Shown here: positions 51,576-64,000 of the stretch, piece by piece | Numbering within the stretch: position 1 is the stretch's first letter | Layout: every line of letters begins with the position of its first letter | Assembly (NCBI GenBank): GCA_028534125.1 | Contig: CM052816.1 | Coordinates: forward strand, 78,246,001-78,310,000 | Length of the DNA stretch: 64,000 nt | DNA from: Lama glama | Taxonomy: Eukaryota | Direction: 5' to 3' | Made by a program: the position numbers and the translations under genes | The notes under the pieces: generated by a model | What the model was told of the DNA's origin: nothing | The model's database searches: none | The model's input: only the letters and a program-made list of their open reading frames with translations

Positions 51576-52910
51576 GTAAAATTGAGATCTCTTAATAGCA
51601 AACACTCACTTCCTTTGGTAAAAAAATATTTTCAGGATTTTCATGCAACTGACGACCTGACATCTAGTCCTAGCAACTTCACTGATTGTGGTATTAACAG
51701 TGTGAATATAAGTTCCACCGTCCATAATCACAAGGATTTTAAGAGAGTAAAATGAGACTGTACATTTGAAAATCCGTTTAAAATATTGAGATATGAAATA
51801 ATTTTGCCACCTGAAGATATATGGTAGAGTGAGTAGATGAAATTCTAGAATTCACTGGAAGACTTTTAGTTCTTTTAGTAATCTTTATAGTTTAGGATTA
51901 CTGGGTTAGCTGTATAATTATTTAGAGTCTCCAGGAAGGAATTTGCACATTCATGTTTGAATCTTGTCCATAAATTGTTGAGAAATTCTTGCATATCATT
52001 TACACCTGTTACTCTGATTTAAACAGATTTTTTCTTTGTTAGTCCAGTATCTACAATGCAGTTTATCCTTCTTATGACTGAAAGATTGTATAATCAACCA
52101 TAATCTTCCTTAAGTGAGACAATATCATCTTACTTTAAATATCTGCTTAAACCGTATCTAAATCGTATTATAAAAGGTGTGCTTGTTCCCCACACAGCTT
52201 CATGGCTAGCACAGGTGTACCTTGGAGGCTGCTTATTGTGCATTCTTAATAAGAAGAGACATGCCATCTTCGGCCCAGGTGCCTAACTGGAACCATTTTT
52301 TTTATTGCAGGAATTAGGGATCTGTGTTCTGCTCTAAGAACCATGTTGTAAAGGAACAGATTTAAAAGTAATTATGGTTGGCAGTTAGGTGCCTGTGCAA
52401 CAGGTTTAATAGCAAAAAGTGTTTAGAAAAATACCCAACTTTTGTGTGGCAAAGAATCCTGAGGGCAGTCCTGCTTGTTGCACTTTGTACAGAGGAAGCT
52501 GAAAGGGGCAGATGTAAGAGAGAAACAAGAAACTGTAAACTAAGATGTGTATTGATGGCTTGTGATTTTTATTAGCTTTGTGTTCCTAAATTCTGGCCTA
52601 TTAGGGGACTTTTTTTTTTTCTCAGAAAAACATTGACATTTTTTAATAGTGAACACATTTTTATCTTTTTTAACATAAAATTTCCCTTTTGATATTAATG
52701 TGTTTATGATTTTTGGACTCGAAATGTTCAGCTCTAGTGAACACAGAGATCATTTAGTCGAACCCTCTCATTTGAAGGTAGGTAATCAAGGTACTAAAAA
52801 ACAACATGTATGACTTAATCAATGGAGAGAATTTTTATTGTCAATGTTAAGATCAGTTTTATTGATTAAGTGATATTTAATTTTGTCTTTTCAATTTTGT
52901 TTTGCTATAG

Positions 52911-53820
52911 AAATGCCCCAAATCACATGGAATTAACATTGACTGGTAAGCCCAATGAAAAAAAGAAAATATGTAATCAGAAAGAAAAGCCTAAAAGAAA
53001 AGAAGATCATGAAAAGTTATTACAAAATACACTTCCTGTAATAGGTGTTTGGGAATTTGAACGTGACGATGATGAGTACATTAAATTCCTTGAACTCTTC
53101 TTGAGTTATGTTCTTGAAAGAGACCTACTTGGTTCCAAGGATCCTGGCATTCCATTTCTAACTAGTTTTTCTGGACATCTTAGAGAACATGAACTTAACT
53201 CTTTATTTTTTGATGTACATACAACATTGAAACGACGTCAGGGCAAAACCAAAGGCCAGAATGTGTTTAGAGCTGGCTCCTGCTTTGTTGTTGCTCCTGA
53301 GTCAGCTGAGTCTGGAAAATCAGAAAACCAGGTGCTTTCAGCTTCAGTATTGGCTAATCAAGAGATCAGGCCTTTTTTAGAGAACCCTTTGAATGAAAAC
53401 AGTAAAAACGAAGGGAAGAGTGGATTGTTCAGTTTAAAACAAAAGTCAATTTACAGAATACAAGATGACAATGCAGAGAAACTGTTAATCCAGAGATTGT
53501 CGAACCACAGTTTTTGCACTCCCAAGTCCACTGAAGCTAGAAGATGTATTTTCAAAGCAATTCAATGCAGTGATATTAACCCTCAAGAAGATCTTCCTTT
53601 AGCACTAAATAACACATTTGGCAGTATAAGAAAGCTGTTGGAATGGATGATAAGGTGGTCTGATAGAAGACTGCTCTGTGATTCTGGTCTCACTGAATCA
53701 TCCTGTGAGTATAGTCCTGTCATTCGTGTGAAGACCTCTACAGCTGCCATTCTTACATCATTGTGGCTTTTAGAACAACCCTATTTTGCTACATATAAGG
53801 CAACAAATGCCATTATTAAG
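52911..53820 (+). CDS. CPLANE1: CPLANE1 exon 26
   Basis: ctatag / AAG|gtaagt; NAPNHMEL..GVWEFERDDDEYIKFL..NAIIK; 910 nt; explains the 320-aa ORF. Confidence 0.95.
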
Positions 53821-54539
53821 GTAAGTACTTGAATTGTGTATTACATACAAATGAGAATTCTCATTTTAGCTTAAAACTATATTTGTATTTCCCCCTCTAA
53901 TAAAGAATCACTAAATAACAGAGTTACTGACAATGCTGATTGTAATCTGTATCATCTAATTTGCTGAAGTGGTTTGTTTAATTCTTAAAAATGATTAATT
54001 AGAGGTAAAGTACTTTCAGAGAGGTTGTCAGATTTGGAGGTTTCATGTGTGTTTATGAAAGAAAAAGGAGGAAAAACATAATTTTAAGTGATATTATAAG
54101 TAGTATTATATTTATATTATTTCTCTTTTAAGTTTCAGGTTTTAGTTCAGATGAGGAAGCACTAGGCAGCTGTCCAGTTTTTATTACTGATGTCTCATCA
54201 TATATATTAGGGGATCATCTTTCTTATACTCTCTGGCATATGAGTTTGGAGAATGAGACCTACAAAGGCAGATGGGTATCGGTGAAGTTAGTACTTACTA
54301 GCTATTTTTCCTTTTCCCTACCCAATGGCAAGTAACAGGGCTGTCTTTTAACCTGACAGTTTGCAAGGCCAGTATTTTTTTTCATAATCTTTTGATTGAG
54401 TAATTGCTGTTGCACTCAAAAAAAGATGACGATGAATTTCTTGGAAAACAGATTTCTATGAGGTAAAATAGTTGGGACATGGATTAAAAAAAATACTTGG
54501 AGAATTCCAAAAGTGTCTAAATTTGTTCTATTTTTGTCT

Positions 54540-57500
54540 CTGTTTTATTGAGGTATAATTGACAAATTTGCTTTTATTGCCTTTGCTTTTGGTGTCAAAT
54601 TCCAAATATTGTTGTGAAGGAGCCTAACTGCCTGTCTTTTCTGCTAGGAGGTTTATGGTTTTGGGTCTTATTTTTGAGTTTTTAATCCATTTTAAGTTAA
54701 TTTTTGTGTATGTTGTAAGGCAGTGATCCAGTTTCATTTTTTGACATGTGACTGTCAAGTTTTCCCAGCACCATTTACTGAAGAGACTAACCTTTCTCCA
54801 TTGAATAGAGTCTTGACTCCTTTTTCAAACTAATTAACCATAAGTGTGTGTGTTTGTTTCTGGGCTGTCTGTTCTGTTCCATCGATCTCTGTGTTGGGTT
54901 TTAGGCCAGCACTATACTGCTTTGATTACTGTAGCTTATATAGTGTGTATAAGTAGTATACAGTATATGTAATTTACAAGTACTGTACATATAGTACTTA
55001 CAAGTATAAATATATCTAAGCATATAATAATAGTAATATACAGATTACAGTAACTGTGCTCTACAGTACAGTTGACCCTTGAACAATGTGAGTTTGAACC
55101 ACTCAGGTCTACTTATATGCAGATTGTTTTCAGTAAATACAGTACTACACTATCCGTGGTTGGTTGAATCTAAGGATGCAGAACTGTGGATATGGAGGGC
55201 TGACTGTGGACTTGAGCATCTGAGGACTTTGGTATCCAGGAGGTCCTGGAACCAATCCTTGGCTGATACTGAGGAATGACTAATCTGAGATCAGGAAATG
55301 TGATGCCTCCAGCTTTGTTCTTTTTTCTCAAGACTGCTTTGACTATTTGGGGTCTTTTGTGGTTCTATACAAATTTTAGGGCTGTTTTCTCTATTTCTGT
55401 GAAAAATGCCATTGGAATTTTGATAGGGATTGCATTGAATCTGTAGATTGCTTTGGGTAATATGGACTTTTTTAACAATATTAACTCTTCTAATCCATGA
55501 GCATGAAATATCTTTGCATATATTTGTGTCTTCAATTTCTTTCCTCAGTGTCTTACAGTTTTCAGTGTACAGATCTTTTACCTCCCTGCTTAAATTTATT
55601 CATAGATATTTTATTCTTTTGATATAATTATGAATGGGATTGTTTTCTTAATTTCTTTCTTATAATTCATTGTATATGCATAGAAATGCAACTGATTTTT
55701 GTATATTGATTTTTATATCCTGCAAACTTTCTAAATTCATTTATTCCATTTTGGGTGGAATCTTTTGGGTTTTCTATATATAGTATCATGTTATCTGCAA
55801 ATAGAGATAGTTTTACTTCTTCCTTTCCAGTTTGGATTCCTTTTGTTTATTTTTCTTGCCTGATTGTCTGACTAGCCCTTCCAGTACTCTGTTGAATAAA
55901 AGTGATGAGATTGGACATCCTTGTCTTATTCCTGACCTTAGAGGAAAAACTTTAGATTTCCATTGTTGACTATGATCTTAGCTGTGGGCTTGTCATATAT
56001 GGCCTTAAGTATATTGAGGTATGTTTCCTGTATGATCTGTTGTTGAAAGTGGGGTATTGAAGTCCTCTACTATTACTGTTACGCTATTTCTCTATTCATA
56101 TCTATTAATATTTGCTTTAAATATTTAGGTGCTTCCATGTTGGCTACATAAATATTAACTAATGTTATATATTCTTGATAAATTGACCCCTTTATCATAT
56201 AGTTAAGTTGTTTGTCTCTTGTTATAGTCTTTGGCTTAAAATCTGTTTTGTCTAAGTATAGCTACCCCTGTTTTCCTTTAGTTTCTGCTTGCATGGAGTA
56301 TTTTTCCATCTCTTCAGTTTCAGAATATGTATGTCCTTAAAGCTGAAGTGAGCCTCTTGTAGGCAGTGTAAAATTTGGTCTTGTATTTTTATCTGCTCAA
56401 CTACTCCATGTCTTCTGATGGGAGAGTTTAGTCCATCTACCTTTAAGCCAATTATCGATAAGTAAAATGGCTAAATATTATTGTTTTGTTCATTGTTTGC
56501 TGGTTGTTCTATAGTTCCTTGTTCTTTTCTTTGAGATTTGATTATTTTCCGTAGTGTTATGCTTGGATTCCTGTTTAAAAATCTTTTGTGTGTCTACTAT
56601 AGGTTTTTGCTTTGTGGTTACTGTGAGGCTTATACTAGAACATGTTATATTTGTAATAATCTATTTTAAGTTGATAACTTAACTTTGAATGCATACAAAA
56701 GGCTTGCACATTTACACTACTCCTTCCCCATGTTTTGTGTTTTTGATATCACAATTTACATCTTTTTGAATTGTGTATCCATTAATAAGTTATGGTATAG
56801 TTGTTTTAATACTTTTGTCACTTAGTGTTCATACTAACTTCATAGAGTTATGGATGTTTTACCCACTATCATTACAATACTGGAGTATTCTGAGTTTAGC
56901 TGTGTGTTTAACTTTACTAATGAGTTTAATACGTTCATATGTTTTCCTGGTACTAATTAGCATCTATTTATTTTAGCTTGAACTCTTTTTAACCTTTCTT
57001 GTAAGGCTGGTCTGGTGGTCATGAACTCCTTCAGCTTTTACTTGTCTAGAGAACTCTATCTTTTCTTCAATTCTGAAGAACAGCTTTGCTGGGCAGAGTA
57101 TTCTTGGTTGGCAGTTTTTTTCTTTCAGCCCTCTTCATGTATCATGCCACTCCCTTCTGGCCTACAGAGTTTCTGCTGAAAAATCTACTGATAACCTCAT
57201 GGGAATTTCCTTATATGTAACAAATTGCTTTTCTTTTGCTGCTTTTAAGATTCTCCCCTTGTCTTTAACTTTTAACAATTCAGTTACAGTGTTTCTCAGT
57301 GTAGGTCTCTTTGTATTTATCTTATTTAAAAGAGAATCCTCTGGGCTTCTTGGATCTGATGTCTGTTTATTTCCCCAGGTTTGGGAAGTTTTCAGCCATT
57401 ATTTCTTTGCATAAGCTTTCTGTTTCTTTCTCTCTTCCCTTTCTAGGTCCTCCATAATGCATATATTGGTCTCAAGTTATTTTCATCTTTCATTCTTCCC

Positions 57501-58995
57501 TTTTGCTTCTATGGGTGAATTCCACTGCCCTGTCTTTGAGTTCTCTGATCCTTTTTTCTGCTTGATCTAGTCTGCTGTTGAACCCATCCATTAATTTTTT
57601 AGTTCAGCTCTTGTATTCTTCAGGTCTGTAAGTTCTATTTGGCACTTTTTTGTATTTCTGTCTCTTCACTGAAATTCTCACTTAGTTAATGCATTGTTTC
57701 CCTGGTATCAGTGACTGTTATTTTGAATCCCAACAGTTAAATCACTTACCTGTTTCATTAAGTTCTTCTTCTGGAGAGTTATATTTTCATTTGTTTGGAA
57801 CATATTCCTCTGTTTCTTCATTTTCCTTGAATCTCTGTGTTGGTTTCTATGCATTAGATAAAATAGCCACATTGCCCAGTCTAAACAGAGTGGCCTTGTA
57901 TAGGAGATAAACCTCATCAATCAGCCTGGCCTGAGCTTTTGATGGTCTCTGAAATCTTTGTGAATATCTAAGCCTACTTCTTTGTTCTCAGTGACTCCCA
58001 GTGGTTGAGGTTATGCCAAGACCCATCAGTGTCCCAAAGGTGTAGATCACATTTGGCATCTAAATGCAGGCTGATTGACAGCTGAACCCTCAGGCAACAT
58101 GTGATGAAGTATGTAGTTAAGCCCCTTTTGGGGAGAAACTAGGAGATGGGTGTTTTTGTCTACTCCCTGTGCACTGGGCCCGGGTGTATAGCCAAAAGGT
58201 GGGTATTCCTCCACCCATTAAGAACTGCTTCTTTGTTTGCTACAGTCCTGTATGCCTTGTGAATATAAGCCCTATTGACTATGAGAGACATGTAGTCCAG
58301 AACCTGTCCCTCAGTCAGCAGCTGCAAAAACTAGGGCACCAGATATGTGTCCAAACTTCTTCCAGGGAGGTACTGGCAACTTGGAGCAGGCTAGATGGAG
58401 AAGGTGGGGGAGGTGTCCATTAACTCCCCTGGTCTCTGTGGAGGACTGTAGCCTAGATGTGTGTTCAGGCACTGGACCCTCAGGCAGCAGCTTTCAGAGT
58501 GTACAGATGGACTCCTTCCAGGGGAAGACTGGAAGATAGGTGCTTGTGCCTGCCCCTCTGTGCTAAGCCCTGTGGGGATAGCTGCGGGGCGTGCTCACAT
58601 ATTTGTTAATAACGGCTTCTTTGTTTGCTATGGTCTTTGGAGTCTCATGGATGCTAGCCTGTTTGGCTTTCAGAGCTAGGTGTTTTGCAGGCCTGTCCCT
58701 CAAGTAGGAGTCTCAAAAGTTGGGGCAATATATATGGTGTCCAAATCCTTTGCTTTTCAGAAGCTGGGAGTTGGGAATTCCCTCCTGCTTGTAGGGTACT
58801 ATTTCCATGGTTTGGGTTTATGGTCAGATTGCGTCTCAACCTGAGTGTTTTTTCATTCACTTAATGTGTAGGAGTCACTCAGCAAGTTTCTGGATTCCTT
58901 TCAGCAGTAATTGCTCTGTGTGGAGTTGCATGTTCAGTGTGTCTGTGGGAGGAGAGGAGTTCAGGAGCCTCCTGTGCTGCCATCTTGGTCGACCC
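54540..58995 (-). mobile_element. Large antisense L1 with 5' UTR and decayed ORF1/ORF2, internally deleted
   Basis: L1 start gctgccatcttgg near 58990; ORF2 motifs gatagggattgcattgaatctgtagattgctttggg; 3' tail tttattgaggtataattgaca. Confidence 0.85.
55069..55282 (+). mobile_element. Tigger2a-like element inserted in the L1
   Basis: ta|cagttgacccttgaacaa..ggaaccaatcc..gatactgaggaatgact. Confidence 0.8.
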
Positions 58996-59650
58996 GCTGT
59001 ACACTTTTAGTTTCTGCATTTGTTCTGTTTTGAAGTGCCTTCATTCTAAATTTTTAGTTTATTCTAGGGTGAAGAGTATGAATGTGTGTATGAGAGTTGT
59101 TTTATGTTTTCTTTCTGTGGGTTTTTTTGAGATAATTTTCTGTTTTCCTAATAAGGTAGGTTAGAAGATACTGTGATATTTGTTGTCACTGAAATCTTTG
59201 TGTTTCTAAGTGATGCATACCTGAATTTCTAAGTAACACAAAAGAGATACATCCCTTGTATTTTTAGCTGCACATAAATTTGCCCACAATGTCATTTTGA
59301 AATAATTACTTAATGCCTTTATAATAGTAAAGAGAATTAAATGAAAGTAACTTTATATTTTTATTGCTATTGTTTTGTGGCCTGAAAACATTGGTAATAT
59401 ACCTTACAAGTTTGTAAGGCTGATTTCTTTTGAATACTGTGTAGGTAGGCTCATTTTTTCTAGGTGGAATAAAGACTTGGTCATTGCTTCAGCATCGAGT
59501 ATTAAGTTTTAGAAATGCAGTAAATACTTGGTAAGTGAATAAGAGATGCAATCAGGAGAAGTTCTGTAGAAAGTATTAGTAGTCTAAAAATATAATGAAC
59601 AGTAAGGGATTCAATAATGAATACTAAATACTATAAATGGTTTGTTTTAG

Positions 59651-59799
59651 GTGCCAGAGAATAATTACCCTGGGCCTCAGACCGGGCCCGATGTAGAGAG
59701 TGACTGTAAAGCAGATGCTGGCTGTTCGGTTGCAGTATCCACCCAAGGTGGGGCTGAGGAAAGAAATGATCAAAATGAATCTTGTCAGAGTATCTTGAA
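59651..59799 (+). CDS. CPLANE1: CPLANE1 exon 27
   Basis: ttttag / AA|gtaagt; VPENNYPGPQTGP..SCQSIL; 149 nt. Confidence 0.88.
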
Positions 59800-60420
59800 G
59801 TAAGTCGCCGATTATACCTTCCTTTTCAATGGATATCTTGTTTGAAGCTGTATATTCTTAAAGGAGAACTGAACCCTTGTAAGTTAAAGAAATGAACATT
59901 TCTTTGAACTGGAGAAGCAGGAAGCAAGTGCTTTCCGAAGCACTTTAACACTTCATTACAAATTTTGTTTCTTCCCTGTTAGTCTAGCTTGTATCTTCTG
60001 AGAGAGCAGCTAATCCATTGCAAGAGGTCCCTTTATTATATTTATTGATGTCCTGTGTCAGAGGAAGTTGAACTAATCATTTCATCCATCTTTACATATT
60101 AAGTGATACTATGATTAATGTATGTTTGAATACCAAAGATGAAGCCTTGGTAGCAGAAAGATTCCTTTGTGAAAATGGCACATTTAGATAAGCTGAAATT
60201 ATTCTCATATTTGAGTAAATAAAAACGAGACTTTCAGTTATTCATTGAGCAGCCTTTTATTAGCCTTCTGCTATGAACCATACGTGGTTAAAAAGCAAAA
60301 GACTTTATAAGTGTGATGGCTAAGTTCGTTCTTTTTCAGTAGAATGAATCAATTGACAGCAACCTCTTTGTTTCCGAGAATGAGTTAGAATAATTTTAAC
60401 TGCATCATTTTTATCCATAG

Positions 60421-60584
60421 GATGCCAACTGAGACAAAAAATTCTGAAATAAAAGAAACCAATGATGAGATGATTTCTGTCACTGATGATACTGAAAAAG
60501 AGTTTGTAGATATTGCTGAGAATCTTTTAGAAGTTGAAACATTTGCACAGGAGGAACTGGAGATATTCCTATCAGACTATGAAG
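60421..60584 (+). CDS. CPLANE1: CPLANE1 exon 28
   Basis: ccatag / G|gtcagt; MPTETKNSEIKE..LSDYE; 164 nt. Confidence 0.88.
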
Positions 60585-61089
60585 GTCAGTTCATTTGGCT
60601 GATCTTTTTGTTTGGCCTTACTGATTTGATATGGGTGAATGATTATCTGTGATAAGTTAGTCTTATATCTAAATTGGTCCTAAAGCCAGATATTAAAAGA
60701 GAATGTAATATTTATGAAATGTTGAGCACATTAACTCATAACCTGAATTCACAATTTTGGGGGCTTTTGCCTTGCTTGTGTAACTATTATGGCTGTCGTC
60801 ATTTCTATGAACCAATTCTGTGAACCTTTCCTTGGCAGTCTTCCTTAAAACAGAAATTCTCAGAGCTTTATATGGAATTATACCCACTGATATGAGGCCT
60901 CTCAAGACTTATCTGGGATTCACTTGATGAAGAGGGATTGTCTCTTCGTGTTTTTAAAAGATATTTTTCTAAGGAGGATATTAAAATGTTTCTGCCATTT
61001 TATTTATTTCCTGTAATATTCCTGAACCTTTTAAAAAGTAAGTTGTCTTTCTAAAAGTCAGTTTACTCTCTCTCCTTGTTTCCCTATAG

Positions 61090-61172
61090 AGGATGCCAAA
61101 GAACCTGTTGGAAGCATTAAAAGTCCCAATATTGCCTTTTGTATGCAGACTTCACCACAGCATTTAGAAGAA
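61090..61172 (+). CDS. CPLANE1: CPLANE1 exon 29
   Basis: ctatag / GAA|gtaagt; DAKEPVGSIKSP..PQHLEE; 83 nt. Confidence 0.85.
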
Positions 61173-61642
61173 GTAAGTCTATAAATAGTGGATAAAGTGA
61201 CTTAAATTATATTTAAGTGTTTATATTCAATGTATCCAACCAAGGCTGTAATGTCTTAAAAGTATACTGTGGATTGTGGAGTCTAGCCATGTCTTGTAGC
61301 ATTTTTCTTTCAGTGAAATTCTGTTATTAGTAAGATATCTAATAATTTCAGGCAATTAAAGTTCAATTTCATAAGCTGCTATAGTAAATTAATTAAGAGT
61401 GATGAAAGTGTCCCATATTCAAAATGTGTAATTCAGCATGTATGTATGTGTATACATGTATGAATGTAAGTATGCATATTTTGCACATATGTGTACTTTT
61501 ATGTGTTATTTGTTTTCTCAAAACTGTATACACTGGGTTTCCAAGCCGAACACACAGACATTTCTAATTATTGAAACAATATCTTTTAAAAGGATTAGGT
61601 TTTTTTTTTTCCTTCTAATTTTATAGTTGTTTTCACAATGCA

Positions 61643-61861
61643 CAGTTGGCCCTTGAACAATGTGGCAGTTAGGGGCTTCGACCCCCTCCCATACAGTGAA
61701 AAAAGCCACATCCATTCGTCCCTTGGTGTCCATGAGTATTGGTTCCAGGAACAGGTGGGGATCCAAGCAACCTCAGATCGTGTACTACTCTATTTATTGA
61801 AAAAAATCCACGTATAAGTGCACCTGTGCAGTTCAAAATCGTGTTGTTCAGACGTCAGTTG
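61643..61861. mobile_element. Tigger2-derived MITE
   Basis: Inverted termini cagttggcccttgaacaa / ttgttcagacgtcagttg followed by ta. Confidence 0.75.
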
Positions 61862-62166
61862 TACTTACTTACATAGTGATGTGTGTGTGTAGTTTACAGT
61901 GTATTTGTGAGTACTTTGTAAATGATTTCTAGTGACATCATTTGGCTTTGTAGTCTAATATGCTCAGTGTCTTCGGGCTAAAGACATAATAGTATAAAGA
62001 TCTGGTTAGAGCAGGACTGGGAGTACCTTTTAATGTTTAGTTTCTCACTTGCCTTTAGGTGGTTTTTAGGCGAGTGGCTAATGTGAAACTCAAGATACCT
62101 AAGACAGTAACAGCTGTTTGTTTCACTTCTTTTTTCTGGGGGGTGGGGTACTATTAATTTTAACAG

Positions 62167-62246
62167 CATTCCACAGGAGCAGTTCACTGTCCAAGGGAAG
62201 AACTGTTCGAGGCATGCATGGAGAAAAAATCAGCTGAACAGAAAGG
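62167..62246 (+). CDS. CPLANE1: CPLANE1 exon 30
   Basis: taacag / GG|gtaagg; HSTGAVHCPREE..KSAEQKG; 80 nt. Confidence 0.82.
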
Positions 62247-62684
62247 GTAAGGGGGGGAAAGTGTGAAAGTGATTATAACTGCCTTGTTTACCTCACTGAA
62301 CAAAGCCCAAGGTTTATCTGGGATTCACTTGATGAAGAGGGTTTTTTTCCCTCATAATTTACAATATATATTTTATGATGATATTGTGTTCCTAGTGAAA
62401 TTGTAACTTCAATTTAATAGAAATGGCAATGATGATTTTTTAGTAAATGTTATACTTCTAAATCTTGGTAGCGTGATACAATGATACCTAAAACGCCTTT
62501 TGTTCTATTACTATCAGCCTTATCAAAGTAAAATATAGCTGTAAACGGACCAGAGTGCATTCAGCTGCTAATTAGGGAAACTACTTTTCCATACTCATTC
62601 CACTTTATTGGACCAAGTGAATAATCATCATGTGTCATAATATATATATATATATATCGTCTTTCACTGTTGTGGTATGAGAAC

Positions 62685-62736
62685 CACACTGTCCATAGGG
62701 CTGTGATGTACACACTGTCCATAGGGCCGTGATGTG
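62685..62736. repeat. 26-bp tandem duplication
   Basis: cacactgtccatagggctgtgatgta / cacactgtccatagggccgtgatgtg. Confidence 0.9.
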
Positions 62737-63380
62737 CACGTGCTCTGCTAGCTAGCTTATCATTGCTTCAAGGAGAGCTGGAGGCGGTTTTCATTTGTTG
62801 TAGTTTGAGCATGATTTCTTCATTTTTAGAGTTTTTGAAGTTTTAGAGTTTTAGAATTACCTTGGATAAGAGGAGCAACATAATTAGATTTTCTTTCTCT
62901 TCTCATATATAAATTTTGTTTGGTTTTTCTGTGGATAATTAACAAAACAAATATGTTTAATGTCCTGTGCCTTTATAAGTAATATCAATATTTCTATTAA
63001 TAAAAAACTAGTCATTATAGTTGCAGGTGTGATAATGGGTTCTGTAGTGTTCCTGAGCAAAGTGTCTGCCTCTTCCTAAGTGAAATTTGAGGTCCCAGCT
63101 AACTTCATTTCCCCTTATTTTAGATTCTGTTATTTCTGTTGCCAAGCGCTTAGTAGTGTTCAAGTTGTTTGTTAAGCCATACAGACATATTCTTTGCTTT
63201 TGTTTGAATCTGCTACTAATTGCTATGGGGACGATGTAAACAGATTATAATTATGAGCTAAGCATTATAGAAGATTAGAGGATGGTTAGACTCTTAGATG
63301 ACTGAGCGTTAGATCACCTGTACCTTAGATAATGTGAAGAATATCTTGCTTCCTAATTGATTATTCATCTTTAATTACAG

Positions 63381-63458
63381 TATAATTGAAGCCTTTTCAG
63401 ATCCTGAGCACATCATTCCTCATTCATTTTGTGTAGATACAAGTTCAGAAGTTTCTAG
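63381..63458 (+). CDS. CPLANE1: CPLANE1 exon 31 (gene continues beyond window)
   Basis: ttacag / AG|gtaaga; IIEAFSDPEH..VDTSSEVS; 78 nt. Confidence 0.88.
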
Positions 63459-64000
63459 GTAAGAATTTCTGGGTACTGCACCATTTTGATATGATTACAA
63501 GTAGATAAGAGAATGAAGTTATGCCTACTGTACTGTTTTGAAATAATTACTAAGCATCTTGGCCAAAACCAAAAAATAAAATGAAAGCAGTATTAAGCAT
63601 TGAAAGTGAGATACACATTGAAATAGATACACATTTCTGACACCTTTAAGTTTGTTATTGAAAGAGTAGTTTTAAAGACATAAGGAACTATTTTAGAACA
63701 AGTCTTTTCTGAAAAAAAGTAGTTGATTCATTACTGAATGATGTAGTTGTTGCTCATTTTCAGCCTGTAAGAGATTTCTAATAGCATATGAAATCCTTTG
63801 AATTCTCTCATAGAACAGATTCATCCAGTTCTGTCTTTTGAACTTCTTTTACAGCAGTTGAACAGTGTGTATAGTATTTACAAATTACGTTGAAATAGGA
63901 GAATGATACAGCACAGCTTTACTTTAGAAAAATTCTCCATAATTAGAATTTATCTCCTTGCTACTTGTAGAAAGTAAAGGCCAATAAAGTTGTCTTAAAA

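Noticed and set aside
56773..59164. Cluster of 64-84 aa ORFs
   Set aside because: Chance frames or decayed ORF1 remnants within the antisense L1
60880..62390. Box C/D snoRNA reading of the duplicated element (CTGA, TGATGA)
   Set aside because: No convincing 5' box C plus 3' box D with terminal stem in both copies; left as an unclassified element
1..64000. CRISPR array, defence system or other prokaryote-type system
   Set aside because: Spliceosomal mammalian locus; no regularly spaced repeats or gene-dense ORFs

Overview
Mammalian genomic DNA, most likely a camelid judging by its tRNA-derived SINE family. It is not prokaryotic and has no CRISPR array or operon. On the + strand lie the last two coding exons and 3' UTR of NUP155 (988-~2160), an ~11 kb repeat-rich intergenic region, a CpG-island promoter (~12880-13880), a 500-N gap (14219-14718), and 30 consecutive coding exons of CPLANE1/C5orf42 (ATG at 16861). 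The CPLANE1 exons I traced have GT-AG boundaries and consistent phases, total 5960 nt (~1986 codons), and the gene runs past the window end. Introns hold L1, L2, MIR, MaLR/ERVL LTRs, MER/Tigger DNA transposons and SINEs. I found no new multi-gene system. The most notable items not shown by the ORF track are: (1) a degraded processed FANCD2 retrocopy, antisense in CPLANE1 intron 2, which also contains a candidate 75-nt in-frame cassette exon; (2) a duplicated ~100-nt intronic element with a perfect 28-nt core and similar small hairpins flanking exons 29-30; (3) inverted SINE pairs able to form dsRNA. Gene identities, exon numbering and human comparisons come from my recall of the human proteins, not from a search. 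Repeat family names and boundaries are approximate.
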